DNA of 64,000 bases from Candidatus Latescibacterota bacterium (GTDB lineage: Bacteria > Latescibacterota > UBA2968 > UBA8231). Below are positions 9,866 through 19,318 of the stretch, piece by piece. The translations under genes were made by a program, and so were the position numbers. The stretch is from positions 3,360,001 through 3,424,000 of the forward strand of contig OZ242318.1 in NCBI GenBank assembly GCA_965208105.1, given 5' to 3'. Positions within the stretch are counted from its first letter, which is position 1; each line of letters begins with the position of its first letter. The notes under the pieces were generated by a model. That model did no database searches. It was not told where the DNA came from and worked only from the letters and a program-made list of their open reading frames with translations.

Positions 9866-10996
9866 ATGACTCCAGGTCCATCCGCCCCCCCGGGCGACTT
9901 GATTCTGCTGGTGGGAACCCGCAAAGGTTCCTTCATCCTCACCGGCGACGCCGACCGGCGGAAATGGGAGATCGGCCCCCTGCACAACCCGGGAGCCGAG
10001 GTCTTCCACATGTGCTTCGACGGCCGCGACGGGGGCCGCATCCTGGCCGCCGCAAATAGCGAAATCTGGGGCCCCCAGCTGCAGTACAGCGACGACCTGG
10101 GTTCCTCCTGGGTTTCGGCACCCGGGCAACCGAGGTTCTCCAAAGACGGCGGCGCCACCGTAAAACGGCTGTGGCACATCGAACCGGGACCCCCCTCGGA
10201 ACCCGGTGTGCTCTACGCCGGCGTCGATCCGGCGGCCCTCTTCAGGTCGGATGACGGCGGTGCCAACTGGCAGGAGGTCGCCGGCCTGTCAGGCCATCCC
10301 ACGCGGCCGCAGTGGGAGGGCGGCTTCGGCGGGCTCTGCCTGCACAGTATCGTCGTCGATCCCCGCAGCAGCGGGCGGATGTGGGTCGGTATTTCCGCGG
10401 CAGGGGTGTTCGGTACCGACGACGGCGGAGCCACCTGGGAGCCGATGAACCAGGGGGTGAGGGCCGATTTCGCGCCGGAACCCTTCCCGGAGTGGGGCCA
10501 GTGCCCCCACAAGGTCCTATCCTCCAGGTCGCGGCCGGAGCTGCTTTACCAGCAGAACCACTGCGGCGTGTTCCGCAGCGACAGCGGCGGCAGAGCCTGG
10601 AAGGATGTCTCCGAGGGTCTGCCGTCCAGGTTCGGATTCGTCCTGGGGCTGCATCCAAGGGACCCGGACACCATCTACGTGGTGCCGGAGGACGAGGCTG
10701 TGGGGACCGAGGTGGGGGGTTGGCTGCGTTTCGTGACCGGCGCCAGGTTCCGGGTCTATCGCAGCCGCAACGGCGGCGGCGACTGGGAGGCGTTGACCAG
10801 GGGATTGCCCCAGACCAACGCCTACCTGCATCTCCTGCGCGAAGCGCTGGCGACCGATACCCTGGAACCTTGCGGGATCTACGTCGGGACCACCAGCGGC
10901 CAGATTTTTTTCAGCCGCGACGAGGGGGACAGTTGGGAGCTCCTGGTCGAGTACCTGCCGCCGATCAACTCGTTGACCTGCGCCCAGGTGCTTTAA
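9866..10996 (+). CDS. BNR/Asp-box beta-propeller protein (sialidase-like fold)
   Basis: Repeated SDDGGxxW boxes; LLVGTRKG start; YQQNHCGVFRSD. Confidence 0.85.
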   Translation: MTPGPSAPPGDLILLVGTRKGSFILTGDADRRKWEIGPLHNPGAEVFHMCFDGRDGGRILAAANSEIWGPQLQYSDDLGSSWVSAPGQPRFSKDGGATVKRLWHIEPGPPSEPGVLYAGVDPAALFRSDDGGANWQEVAGLSGHPTRPQWEGGFGGLCLHSIVVDPRSSGRMWVGISAAGVFGTDDGGATWEPMNQGVRADFAPEPFPEWGQCPHKVLSSRSRPELLYQQNHCGVFRSDSGGRAWKDVSEGLPSRFGFVLGLHPRDPDTIYVVPEDEAVGTEVGGWLRFVTGARFRVYRSRNGGGDWEALTRGLPQTNAYLHLLREALATDTLEPCGIYVGTTSGQIFFSRDEGDSWELLVEYLPPINSLTCAQVL

Positions 10997-11182
10997 GGTT
11001 GGTCCCCATGCCGACCTGCCCCGCCTGCGGGGCTTCCCGGAATGGAGGTTGGCCTTGCGCCGAATTCAGGGTTTTGTGAGAATATACCGCTTTGGTGGTA
11101 CAGCTCCCCGCGAAGTTGGGGGAGGACCGCCGCTGGCAACCGACCATCTACTTCCGTTACACGCCGTATCCCAGGAGCCTCC

Positions 11183-12220
11183 ATGATTGCCTCGCCCACC
11201 GGGGTCCGCCTCGCCATCCGGGCGCTGCCGGTCCTCCTCGCCACCTGCGTCCCGGCAGCAGCCCAGGGATTTCCACCCGCCGCGGTAATCGTCACCGAAG
11301 TCCTGCACCAGCCCGTCGAAGGGGAAATCCGCCTGGTGGGTACGGTGCGTCCCCGGCGCGTCAGCCTGGTGGCCGCCCAAACCGATGGGCTGGTGGTCGA
11401 GCGCCGACGCGAGGACGGCGACTACGTCCGCGCGGGCGACCCGATCTTCCTCCTCGCCAACGACCGCCTCCAGGCCGCCCTGGTAGAGGCCCGCGCCGAC
11501 GTGGAATTGCGCTCCTTCGAGCACCGGCAGAGCGAGGCGCTGTACCGCACCGAGGCCGCTTCCGAGGAGGAGATGCGCGCCGCCGCCTACCAGCTCGCCC
11601 GCGCCCGCGCCAAGCTCCAGGACCTGAGCGACCAGAACGACGACCTGGTCGTCCGCGCCCCCTTTTCCGGCTACCTGACCCGGAGCTTCACCGAGGTGGG
11701 GCAGTGGCTCAACCGCGGCGGCCAGGTGGTGCGGCTCATCAGCACCGACACGGTCCGCGTCTATGCCGACGTGCCCGAACGCCACATCGGCGCCCTGAGG
11801 GTGGGAGACGCTGCGCAGGTCTTCGTCGCCGCTCTCGGCGGCGAGCCCCTTGCCGGCCGCATCGCGGTTCTCCCGCCTGAAGGATATCCTGAATCGCACA
11901 CCTTTCCGGTTGTTGTCGGCGTGGACAATCGCGCCGGCCGTCTCAGAAGCCACATGTCTGCCGAGGTGGGCTTTGCGGCGGTGCGGGCCGATTCCGCCAT
12001 CCTGGTCCACAAGGACGCCCTGGTGAGCAGCCCCATGGGACAGGTGGTCTACCTGGCTGTCGAGGGCAAGGCCGAGATGAGGCCGGTCAGGGTCGGGCAG
12101 GCGCACCAGGGTTACGTCGCCGTGGAGGGGGACCTGCCCGCTGGCGCCCTGGCCATTGTGCGCGGCAACGAAAGACTGCAACCCGGCCAGGACGTGCGCG
12201 TCGTGCGCAAGCAACCCTAG
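11183..12220 (+). CDS. RND efflux membrane fusion protein
   Basis: Lipoyl-type motifs EDGDYVRAGD and VRAPFSG, C-terminal RGNERLQPG; AGGAG before ATG 11183. Confidence 0.9.
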   Translation: MIASPTGVRLAIRALPVLLATCVPAAAQGFPPAAVIVTEVLHQPVEGEIRLVGTVRPRRVSLVAAQTDGLVVERRREDGDYVRAGDPIFLLANDRLQAALVEARADVELRSFEHRQSEALYRTEAASEEEMRAAAYQLARARAKLQDLSDQNDDLVVRAPFSGYLTRSFTEVGQWLNRGGQVVRLISTDTVRVYADVPERHIGALRVGDAAQVFVAALGGEPLAGRIAVLPPEGYPESHTFPVVVGVDNRAGRLRSHMSAEVGFAAVRADSAILVHKDALVSSPMGQVVYLAVEGKAEMRPVRVGQAHQGYVAVEGDLPAGALAIVRGNERLQPGQDVRVVRKQP

Positions 12221-12229
12221 GGAATCGGG

Positions 12230-15200
12230 ATGAAGCTGGTCCATACATCAATCATGCGTCCGGTCAGCGTGGCGGTCGGAGTCCTTCTGGTGGCGTTGTT
12301 CGGCCTCGTCTCGCTCTTCCGCATTCCCATCCAGTTGATTCCCGACGTCGACCGCCCCGTCGTCACCGTGAACACCCTGTGGCCCGGTGCCAGTCCCGAG
12401 GAGGTGGAGCGGGAGATCGTCCAGCGCCAGGAGGAACAGCTCAAGTCGCTGCAGGGGCTGGTTGAGATGACCAGCGAGAGCGCCGACAGCTACGCCACGG
12501 TCAGGCTCGAGTTCGCCGTGGGGGTCGATCCCGACGCCACCCTGCTGAAGGTCTCCAACAAGCTCAACCAGGTCAGCGGCTATCCCGGCGACGCCGAGCA
12601 GCCAACCATCGCCCTGGGCGAGGGGGCCACCTCCGGCGCCATTGCCTGGGTCATGCTCGACCAGAGCCCCGATTTTCCCGGCAGCCTCGACGTGGAGAGC
12701 TTCCGCGATTTTGCCGAGGAAGTGGTGGAGACCGCCCTCGAGCGGGTCCCTGGAGTATCCCAGAGCAACGTCTACGGCGGTTTCGAACGCCAGTTGCAGG
12801 TCATCGTCGATCCCCAGGCCCTGGCCGCCCGCGGGCTCACGGTGGACCAGATGGCAGCGGCCATCCAGCGCGAAAACGCCAACATCAGCGCCGGCGCCTT
12901 CGACGAGGGCAAGCGGCGCTACATCGTCCGCACCGTCGGCCAGTTCCACGTTCCCGGGGATGTAGAGGAGGTGGTCATCCGCGCCGGCGACGGCACCCAG
13001 GTGCGGGTCGGCGACATCGCCAGGGTGCGCCTGGGATACGAGCGCCCCACCGCCATGGTGCGGCAGCAAGGAAGGCCGGTAATCGCGGTCAATGTCCAGC
13101 GCGAGACCGGGGCCAACGTCCTCGAGGTCATGGCCGGTATCCGGCTGGCCATCGCCGAGCTCAACGAGGGTCCTCTCGCCCGCGAAGGGCTGCGCCTGAC
13201 CCAGGTCTACGACGAGACCATGTACATCGAAAGCGCCATCGACCTGGTCCAGAACAATATCGTGGTGGGGGGCCTGCTGGCCATCGCCGTTCTCCTCCTC
13301 TTCCTGCGCTCGGTCAGCAGCGTCGCCATCGTCGCCACCGCCATTCCCATTTCCGTGGTCGGGACCTTCCTCTCCATGTTCCTTCTGGGGCGCAACATCA
13401 ACGTGGTCAGCCTGGCCGGCATGAGCTTCGCCGTGGGCATGGTGGTGGACAACGCCATCGTCGCCCTGGAGAACATCTTCCGCCACCGGCAGATGGGGAA
13501 GTCCCGCTTCGAGGCGGCCTATGACGGCGCCCGCGAGGTCTGGGGGGCCCTCCTGGCTTCGACCCTCACCACGGTCGCGATCTTTCTTCCAATCGTCTTC
13601 GTCCAGGACGAGGCCGGCCAGCTCTTTCGCGACATCGCCATCGCCGTTTCCTGCTCGGTGTCCCTGTCTCTCCTGGTGGCCATCACGGTCATCCCCACCA
13701 TGGCCAACAGGATCATCGGAGGCGGTGGCCGGAGCTCCGGGGGGGCCGGGCTCGACCGCCTGGGGAGCGCGGTGCGGGCCTTTTTCGCCGACAGCGTCTA
13801 CCGCATTTCCAGGAGCACGGTTCTGCGCCTGCTGGTGGTCTTCGGCCTCATCGGCTCTTCACTGCTGGTTGCCTGGCAGCTCGTGCCCGACACCGAGTAC
13901 CTGCCAACCGGCAACCGCAACCTCGTCTTCACTATCCTGCTGCCCCCGCCCGGCTACAACCTCGACGAGCTCATCGACGTGGGCCAGCAGCTCGAAGACG
14001 TCCTGCTCCCCCGCTGGGAGGCCGAGCCCGGCAGCGAGGCGGCCGCGGCCCTCGACGACCTGCTCATAGAAAACCATTTCTTCGTCGCATTCGGACGCCT
14101 GGCCTTCATGGGGTCCCAGGCGAAGGATCCCCAGCGCGCCAAGGAGCTCATTCCCGTCATTCAGGGCCCCATTTTCGGTGTCCCCGGCCTGTTGGGTTTC
14201 GTCACCCAGCGTGGTATTTTCGCCGGGATCGGTGGAGGCCGCACCATAGACGTGGTGATCAGCGGTCCCCGGCTGGAGCGGCTGATCCCCCTTGGAGGGC
14301 AGGTCTTCGGCCAGGTCATGCAGGTTCTGCCCGGGTCCCAGGCGCGGCCCATACCCAGCCTCGACCTGGGCAACCCGGAAGTGCGCGTCGTTCCCGACCG
14401 GGTGCGCGCCGCCCAGGTAGGTCTGTCGGCGCGGCAGATCGGAACGGCGGTCAATACCCTGATGGACGGGGCGCGGATCGACACCTACCAGTACCAGGGG
14501 GAGGAGATCGACCTGGTGCTCAGGGGCAGCGAGGACTGGTTCCGCACCCAGGAAATCGGTCAGTTGCCCCTCTATACTCCCGGCGGCCGCATGGTGCCCC
14601 TGAGCGCGGTGGCCGAGGTGGATCTCACCTCCGGCCCCGAGCAGATCAACCGGGTCGAGCGCAGCCGCGCCGTCACCATCCAGGTCTCTCCGCCCGAGGA
14701 GGTGCCCCTAGAGACGGCCCTGGAGACCATCCGCAGCCAGATCGTTCAGCCCCTGAGGGACCAGGGCCAACTGGTGCCGCCCTACGATATCCGCCTGGCA
14801 GGCACCGCCGACGACCTCGAGCGCACCCGCAGCGCCCTGCAGTGGAATTTCGTCCTCGCCCTGGTCATCACCTACCTGCTGATGGCGGCCCTCTTCGAGA
14901 GTTTCCTCTACCCCTTCGTCGTCATGCTCTCGGTACCCCCGGCAACCGCAGGGGGGATTCTGGGGCTGCGAGCGATCAATATGGCCTTCGGGCTGCAGCC
15001 CCTGGACGTGCTGACCATGCTCGGTTTCGTCATTCTGGTAGGGGTGGTGGTCAACAACGCCATCCTCATCGTCCACCAGACCCTCAACAACCTGCGGGCA
15101 GATGAGGAGGTGGGTTCCAAGGAGGCCATCCGCGACGCGGTCTTCGCCCGCGTGCGGCCCATCTTCATGTCGGTGATCACCTCGGTGTGCGGCATGATGC

Positions 15201-15370
15201 CCCTTGTCCTCTTTCCGGGTCCCGGCTCCGAGCTCTACCGCGGCCTGGGCAGCGTGGTCATCGGCGGACTCCTCGTCTCGACCCTGTTCACCCTGTTGCT
15301 GGTGCCGACCTTTCTGAGCCTGGCCATGGACCTGCGCGGCTGGGTGGGCCGGGCATACTCACGGACCTGA
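12230..15370 (+). CDS. RND efflux permease (AcrB/AcrD/AcrF family)
   Basis: 1046 aa; GMVVDNAIV, GVVVNNAIL, RVRPIFMS. Confidence 0.95.
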   Translation: MKLVHTSIMRPVSVAVGVLLVALFGLVSLFRIPIQLIPDVDRPVVTVNTLWPGASPEEVEREIVQRQEEQLKSLQGLVEMTSESADSYATVRLEFAVGVDPDATLLKVSNKLNQVSGYPGDAEQPTIALGEGATSGAIAWVMLDQSPDFPGSLDVESFRDFAEEVVETALERVPGVSQSNVYGGFERQLQVIVDPQALAARGLTVDQMAAAIQRENANISAGAFDEGKRRYIVRTVGQFHVPGDVEEVVIRAGDGTQVRVGDIARVRLGYERPTAMVRQQGRPVIAVNVQRETGANVLEVMAGIRLAIAELNEGPLAREGLRLTQVYDETMYIESAIDLVQNNIVVGGLLAIAVLLLFLRSVSSVAIVATAIPISVVGTFLSMFLLGRNINVVSLAGMSFAVGMVVDNAIVALENIFRHRQMGKSRFEAAYDGAREVWGALLASTLTTVAIFLPIVFVQDEAGQLFRDIAIAVSCSVSLSLLVAITVIPTMANRIIGGGGRSSGGAGLDRLGSAVRAFFADSVYRISRSTVLRLLVVFGLIGSSLLVAWQLVPDTEYLPTGNRNLVFTILLPPPGYNLDELIDVGQQLEDVLLPRWEAEPGSEAAAALDDLLIENHFFVAFGRLAFMGSQAKDPQRAKELIPVIQGPIFGVPGLLGFVTQRGIFAGIGGGRTIDVVISGPRLERLIPLGGQVFGQVMQVLPGSQARPIPSLDLGNPEVRVVPDRVRAAQVGLSARQIGTAVNTLMDGARIDTYQYQGEEIDLVLRGSEDWFRTQEIGQLPLYTPGGRMVPLSAVAEVDLTSGPEQINRVERSRAVTIQVSPPEEVPLETALETIRSQIVQPLRDQGQLVPPYDIRLAGTADDLERTRSALQWNFVLALVITYLLMAALFESFLYPFVVMLSVPPATAGGILGLRAINMAFGLQPLDVLTMLGFVILVGVVVNNAILIVHQTLNNLRADEEVGSKEAIRDAVFARVRPIFMSVITSVCGMMPLVLFPGPGSELYRGLGSVVIGGLLVSTLFTLLLVPTFLSLAMDLRGWVGRAYSRT

Positions 15371-15376
15371 TCGGAC

Positions 15377-16260
15377 TCATCCCTCCAGATTGGCCAGGGC
15401 GCAGACGGTCATGGCGCAGTCGGCGGAGTAGGAGAGCCGGGACCAGGCAGGCCCCCCGGAAACGTCGCCGGGCTGCGGATTCCAGAGGCCGTCATCGCTT
15501 TGGCGGGCGGCGAGAACCTCGCCGAGCTCGAGAGCGCGCTGCAGCAGGTCCGGGTCGCCGGTCTCCTCGTAGAGATTCAGCATGGACCAGCCGAACTTGG
15601 TCGATCTGCCGAAATGGGCGGGATTGGAGCGGTGGCGGTAGACCAGGTCCACGTAGCGGCGCGCTGTTCTTCTTCCCCCATATCGTAGGCCATCTCCCAA
15701 TCTCCTCCCGCCTTGCGCGCCAGCACGGAGCCGTCCCGGCGAAAGCGATTGTAGAAACAGGGGGCCCGCTCCTGCTCGTCGATCAGGGCCCGGAAGGTGT
15801 CGCACATGAGGCGGGCGGATTGTAACCGTCCGACCGCAGCCAGGGCCATGCCGGCGCCTCCCGAGAAGCAGACCTCCGCCACCTCCTCGCCGGCGTCCTC
15901 GTCCGCGAGAACGATGCCGCCGCAGCGGGCGTCCTGGAGGTGTTCGAGGCGGTCGGCCATCAGGTGGGCCAGATCGAATCGTTCGGCCGCCGCGGCTCCG
16001 AGGGCGATCCATCCCATGGCGTAGACCCGGTTGGCCGGCGCAGCCGCCGACTGCAGTTCGCCGTCCCCCGCCACGAATTTCTCCATGATCTGCCGGGCGA
16101 CCCGGCCGCCCCGCGAGCGCATGCCCGCCATGGTCATCAGGTACGGCGTTTTGTAGTAGTAGCGCGAATCCTCGGGATCGATGGCGCACAGTCCGTCCGC
16201 GTCGAAGTTGCGCTGCAGCCAGTCTCCGAGTCTGGCGGCGGCGTCGTGGAAGGATTTCAT
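15377..16260 (-). pseudogene. Hypothetical helical-repeat protein broken by a frameshift near 15660
   Basis: Protein-like frame MKSFHDAA...YDMGEEEQR continues in another frame as ARRYVDLVY...RQSDDGLW...ANLEG. Confidence 0.65.
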
Positions 16261-16445
16261 GGCTCTTCTCCAGTCGGGGGAGATGGAAACTGCAGGCAGA
16301 CATGGAGAAATATCAGGGCGGGGCAATCCGGGCACAACCGGGTATGGGTGCTACGGCCGGGGCGCATCCCTTAGAGACCCCGCCGCCGAGTCTCTCGAGA
16401 CCGGGGGCCGGATCCGTCCGCCTGCGCCCCGACGAAGTCAACAGG

Positions 16446-16474
16446 TTGACCCTCCGTTTTGAGGGAGCTATATT
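16446..16474 (+). promoter_or_regulatory. Sigma70-type promoter for the 16487 gene
   Basis: TTGACC-N17-TATATT; ATG follows 12 nt after the -10 box. Confidence 0.6.
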
Positions 16475-16486
16475 CCCCCGCTGCCC

Positions 16487-17659
16487 ATGAAAACATACAA
16501 CGTTGCAGTTCTGGGCTGCGGCAGCCGCGGTGCCGCCGCCGCCCGCGCCTACTACGACCATCCGCGCACAAATCTGTCAGCGCTCTGCGACCTGGTCCCG
16601 GAACGCTGCGACCCCCTGGGGGACGAGCTCGGAGTCGAGTCCCGTTACGACGACCTGGACCGCATGATAGGCGAGACCGGCCCCGACATCGTCGCCATTC
16701 CCACCGGCACCGAGTTCCACCACCCCCTGGCCCTGCGCGTGCTCGACTACGGAATCCACATCGACATAGAGAAGCCGCTCTGCGTCGACCTGGAGGAAGC
16801 CGACGAGGTGGTGGCGAAGGCGGCCGCGAAAGGGGCGCGCATCGCCGTTCATCACCAGGGCCGCAGCGGAGCGATCATGCGCGCCGTGGAGCGGGCCTAC
16901 AGGGCGGGACGCATCGGCGAGCTGCGCCACATCTCAGGCTACGGCAAGTCCTACTACGGCGGCTACGGGCTCATGAACATCGGCACTCACATGATCAACA
17001 CCATGCTCAAGCTGGCCGGCCATTGCCGCAGCGTCACCGCCACCGGCATGACCGACGGCCACCCGATCACCCCCGCAGACGTCATTCCGGCGGCCGGAGG
17101 CATGGGCATCGTCGCCGGCGAGCACCTGACCGCCACCCTCGACTTCGACAACGGGGTCACCGCCAACATGCTGCAGCACCGCTATCCCAAGGCGGTGAAT
17201 CCGGTGATGGAGTTCTGCGGCAGCGAAGGCCGCCTCATGGTGGGCAACCTGCTCTACATGGAGGACAGGAAAGGGGGCATGCTGCTGCCGGAAACCCACT
17301 ACGCCCCGGGAGCCACGGCGGCGCAATGGGAGGACCTGGACCCGATCTTGCCGGACTGCAGGAGGGCGGACGGCGTAAGCCATGTGGAAGACCTCTGGTT
17401 CGTGGAGGAATACGTCAGGGCCCTGGACGAGGGCCGGGACCACGAGTGCAGCGGCAAGGAGGGGCTCCACGTGGTCGAAGTGATGATGGGGATTCTCGAG
17501 TCGGCCGCCTACGGGCGCAGGGTGGACCTGCCCCAGGAGGACCGCTCGCAGCCGCTGATGCGCTGGAGGAGGGAGCACGGCCTCGGAGCGCCGGAGACCA
17601 TGCCGCGGGGCTACGCCGAATGGCTGCAGGCCGAGGACCGCAGGCTGGGGAGGTGCTGA
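16487..17659 (+). CDS. Gfo/Idh/MocA family oxidoreductase
   Basis: VLGCGSRG, EKP, GTHMIN (His-Asp replaced by His-Asn). Confidence 0.9.
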   Translation: MKTYNVAVLGCGSRGAAAARAYYDHPRTNLSALCDLVPERCDPLGDELGVESRYDDLDRMIGETGPDIVAIPTGTEFHHPLALRVLDYGIHIDIEKPLCVDLEEADEVVAKAAAKGARIAVHHQGRSGAIMRAVERAYRAGRIGELRHISGYGKSYYGGYGLMNIGTHMINTMLKLAGHCRSVTATGMTDGHPITPADVIPAAGGMGIVAGEHLTATLDFDNGVTANMLQHRYPKAVNPVMEFCGSEGRLMVGNLLYMEDRKGGMLLPETHYAPGATAAQWEDLDPILPDCRRADGVSHVEDLWFVEEYVRALDEGRDHECSGKEGLHVVEVMMGILESAAYGRRVDLPQEDRSQPLMRWRREHGLGAPETMPRGYAEWLQAEDRRLGRC

Positions 17660-17725
17660 GCGCGGCGGCAGAACCTGGGTGGTGATGCGGAGTTCCATGA
17701 AGGCTAGATTGGCAAAGGAGAGCAG

Positions 17726-18520
17726 ATGACATCCCTGAACTTCAGCGCGCGGGTGCCGGTGATGGACGCCAACGTCGGCGTCGGCCACAAGGCCAAGCGG
17801 ACTGCCCCATTCGACACCCCCGAGGAGCTGCTGGCGGAGATGGGGAGGCATGGGGTGGAACGGGCCCTGGTGCACCACCAGGCGGGAGAAACCACCAGCA
17901 CCATCGACGCCAACGAGCTGCTCACCCAATGGTGCGGCACGGGCGGCCCGCTGACCTACCAGTGGATGGCGGGCCCCGAAGCCGACTCTCTCGCGCAGCT
18001 GCAGGAGCTGCGCCGCGACGGAAGGCTGGACAACGTTCGCCTGCACGACTGCGCCGCCGCAGGCCTCCCCTTCGTCGACTGGCTCTACGGCGATCTGCTG
18101 GAATGGCTGCAGGCCGAGAGGATTCCGCTGTGGGTGTCCATGGCCAACGAGTGGGATCCCACCTGGCTCTCGCCCATGCCCATGACCCCGGTGACCGAGA
18201 TCATGGACACCCTGCGCAAGTTCCCGGACCTGGTCACGGTGCTGGTCGGAGCGCACTACTCCCACGCCCACTTCGTGAGGCCCTTCCTGAAGCTGCTGCC
18301 CAACTGCTACATCGAGCTCAGCCGCTACGAGGTGCTGTGCGATCTGGAAAAGGTGATCGAGGAGTACGGCCCCGGGCGCTTCGTGTACGGCTCGTTCTAT
18401 CCGCGCTACGCCATGGGTCCCATGCTCTACTACATCCACAACATCGGGCTCGGCGACGCGGACCTGGAAGGAATCTGCGCAGGGAATCTGGAACGCATAC
18501 TACAAGGGGGCGCGCAATGA
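17726..18520 (+). CDS. Amidohydrolase-fold protein lacking canonical metal ligands
   Basis: MDANVGVG, FVYGSFYP, ICAGNLERIL. Confidence 0.8.
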   Translation: MTSLNFSARVPVMDANVGVGHKAKRTAPFDTPEELLAEMGRHGVERALVHHQAGETTSTIDANELLTQWCGTGGPLTYQWMAGPEADSLAQLQELRRDGRLDNVRLHDCAAAGLPFVDWLYGDLLEWLQAERIPLWVSMANEWDPTWLSPMPMTPVTEIMDTLRKFPDLVTVLVGAHYSHAHFVRPFLKLLPNCYIELSRYEVLCDLEKVIEEYGPGRFVYGSFYPRYAMGPMLYYIHNIGLGDADLEGICAGNLERILQGGAQ

Positions 18521-19263
18521 TCGAAGGCGGCATTGTAATCGATTTTCACGGCCACCCCGGCCACTGGGGTCTGACGGAAAGCTCGCCCGAAAACCTGCTG
18601 CACGCCATGGATGCCATCGGCGTGGACTACTCGGTGCTGTTCAGCGTCTGGCACCCCGAGGGCACCCGCGGCAACGACCACACCGCCTCCGTGGTCGCCA
18701 CCCACCCCGACCGCTTCATGGGCTTCGCCTACGTCTCGCCGCTCATGCCCGAGGCCATGGTGCCGGAGCTCACCCGGGCATTCGACGAGCTGCATCTGAA
18801 GGGGATCAAGCTCTACCCCCCATTCACCGGAATCAACCTCAACGAGCCACCCTGGTTCCCGATCTACCAGTTCGCCGACGACCGCGGGCTGGCGGTCATC
18901 TGGCACACCGGAATCGAGGCCCCCGCCCAGCCCAAGTACGTGGCGGACGTGGCGCCGCGCTTCCCCAACGCCATTTTCGTCTGCGGCCACTCGGGCAACT
19001 GCCCTCCCATGCGCGCCATGGCCATCGACGCCGCCCGCAACAACCCCAACGTCTATCTGGAGACCTGCTCCACCTTCCGCACCCCCGGCGCCATCGAGGA
19101 GCTGGTGAACGGGGCGGGCGCCGACCGCGTCCTCTACGGCTCGGACGTGCCGCTCATGGACCATCGCTCCCAGGTCGGCAAGATCGTTACCGCCGACATC
19201 AGCGACGAGGCCAAGCGCCTGGTGCTCGGGGAAAACGCCCGGCGCATTCTGAACCTGCCCTAG
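18517..19263 (+). CDS. Amidohydrolase_2 family metal-dependent hydrolase
   Basis: IDFHGH, GIKLYP, WHTG, CGHSG, VLYGSDVP; ATGA overlap with the upstream gene. Confidence 0.9.
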   Translation: MIEGGIVIDFHGHPGHWGLTESSPENLLHAMDAIGVDYSVLFSVWHPEGTRGNDHTASVVATHPDRFMGFAYVSPLMPEAMVPELTRAFDELHLKGIKLYPPFTGINLNEPPWFPIYQFADDRGLAVIWHTGIEAPAQPKYVADVAPRFPNAIFVCGHSGNCPPMRAMAIDAARNNPNVYLETCSTFRTPGAIEELVNGAGADRVLYGSDVPLMDHRSQVGKIVTADISDEAKRLVLGENARRILNLP

Positions 19264-19318
19264 ATCCGGCCGTTTGCGCCGGTCCTGGCCCCTTAACCCG
19301 ATGGTGAAGGAGGGCCCC

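Noticed and set aside
8881-10179. 432-aa ORF-track version of the PhyH gene, and similar long starts for prs, hemC and cobA
   Set aside because: The extensions overlap neighbouring genes or lack an RBS; downstream starts match the family N-termini.
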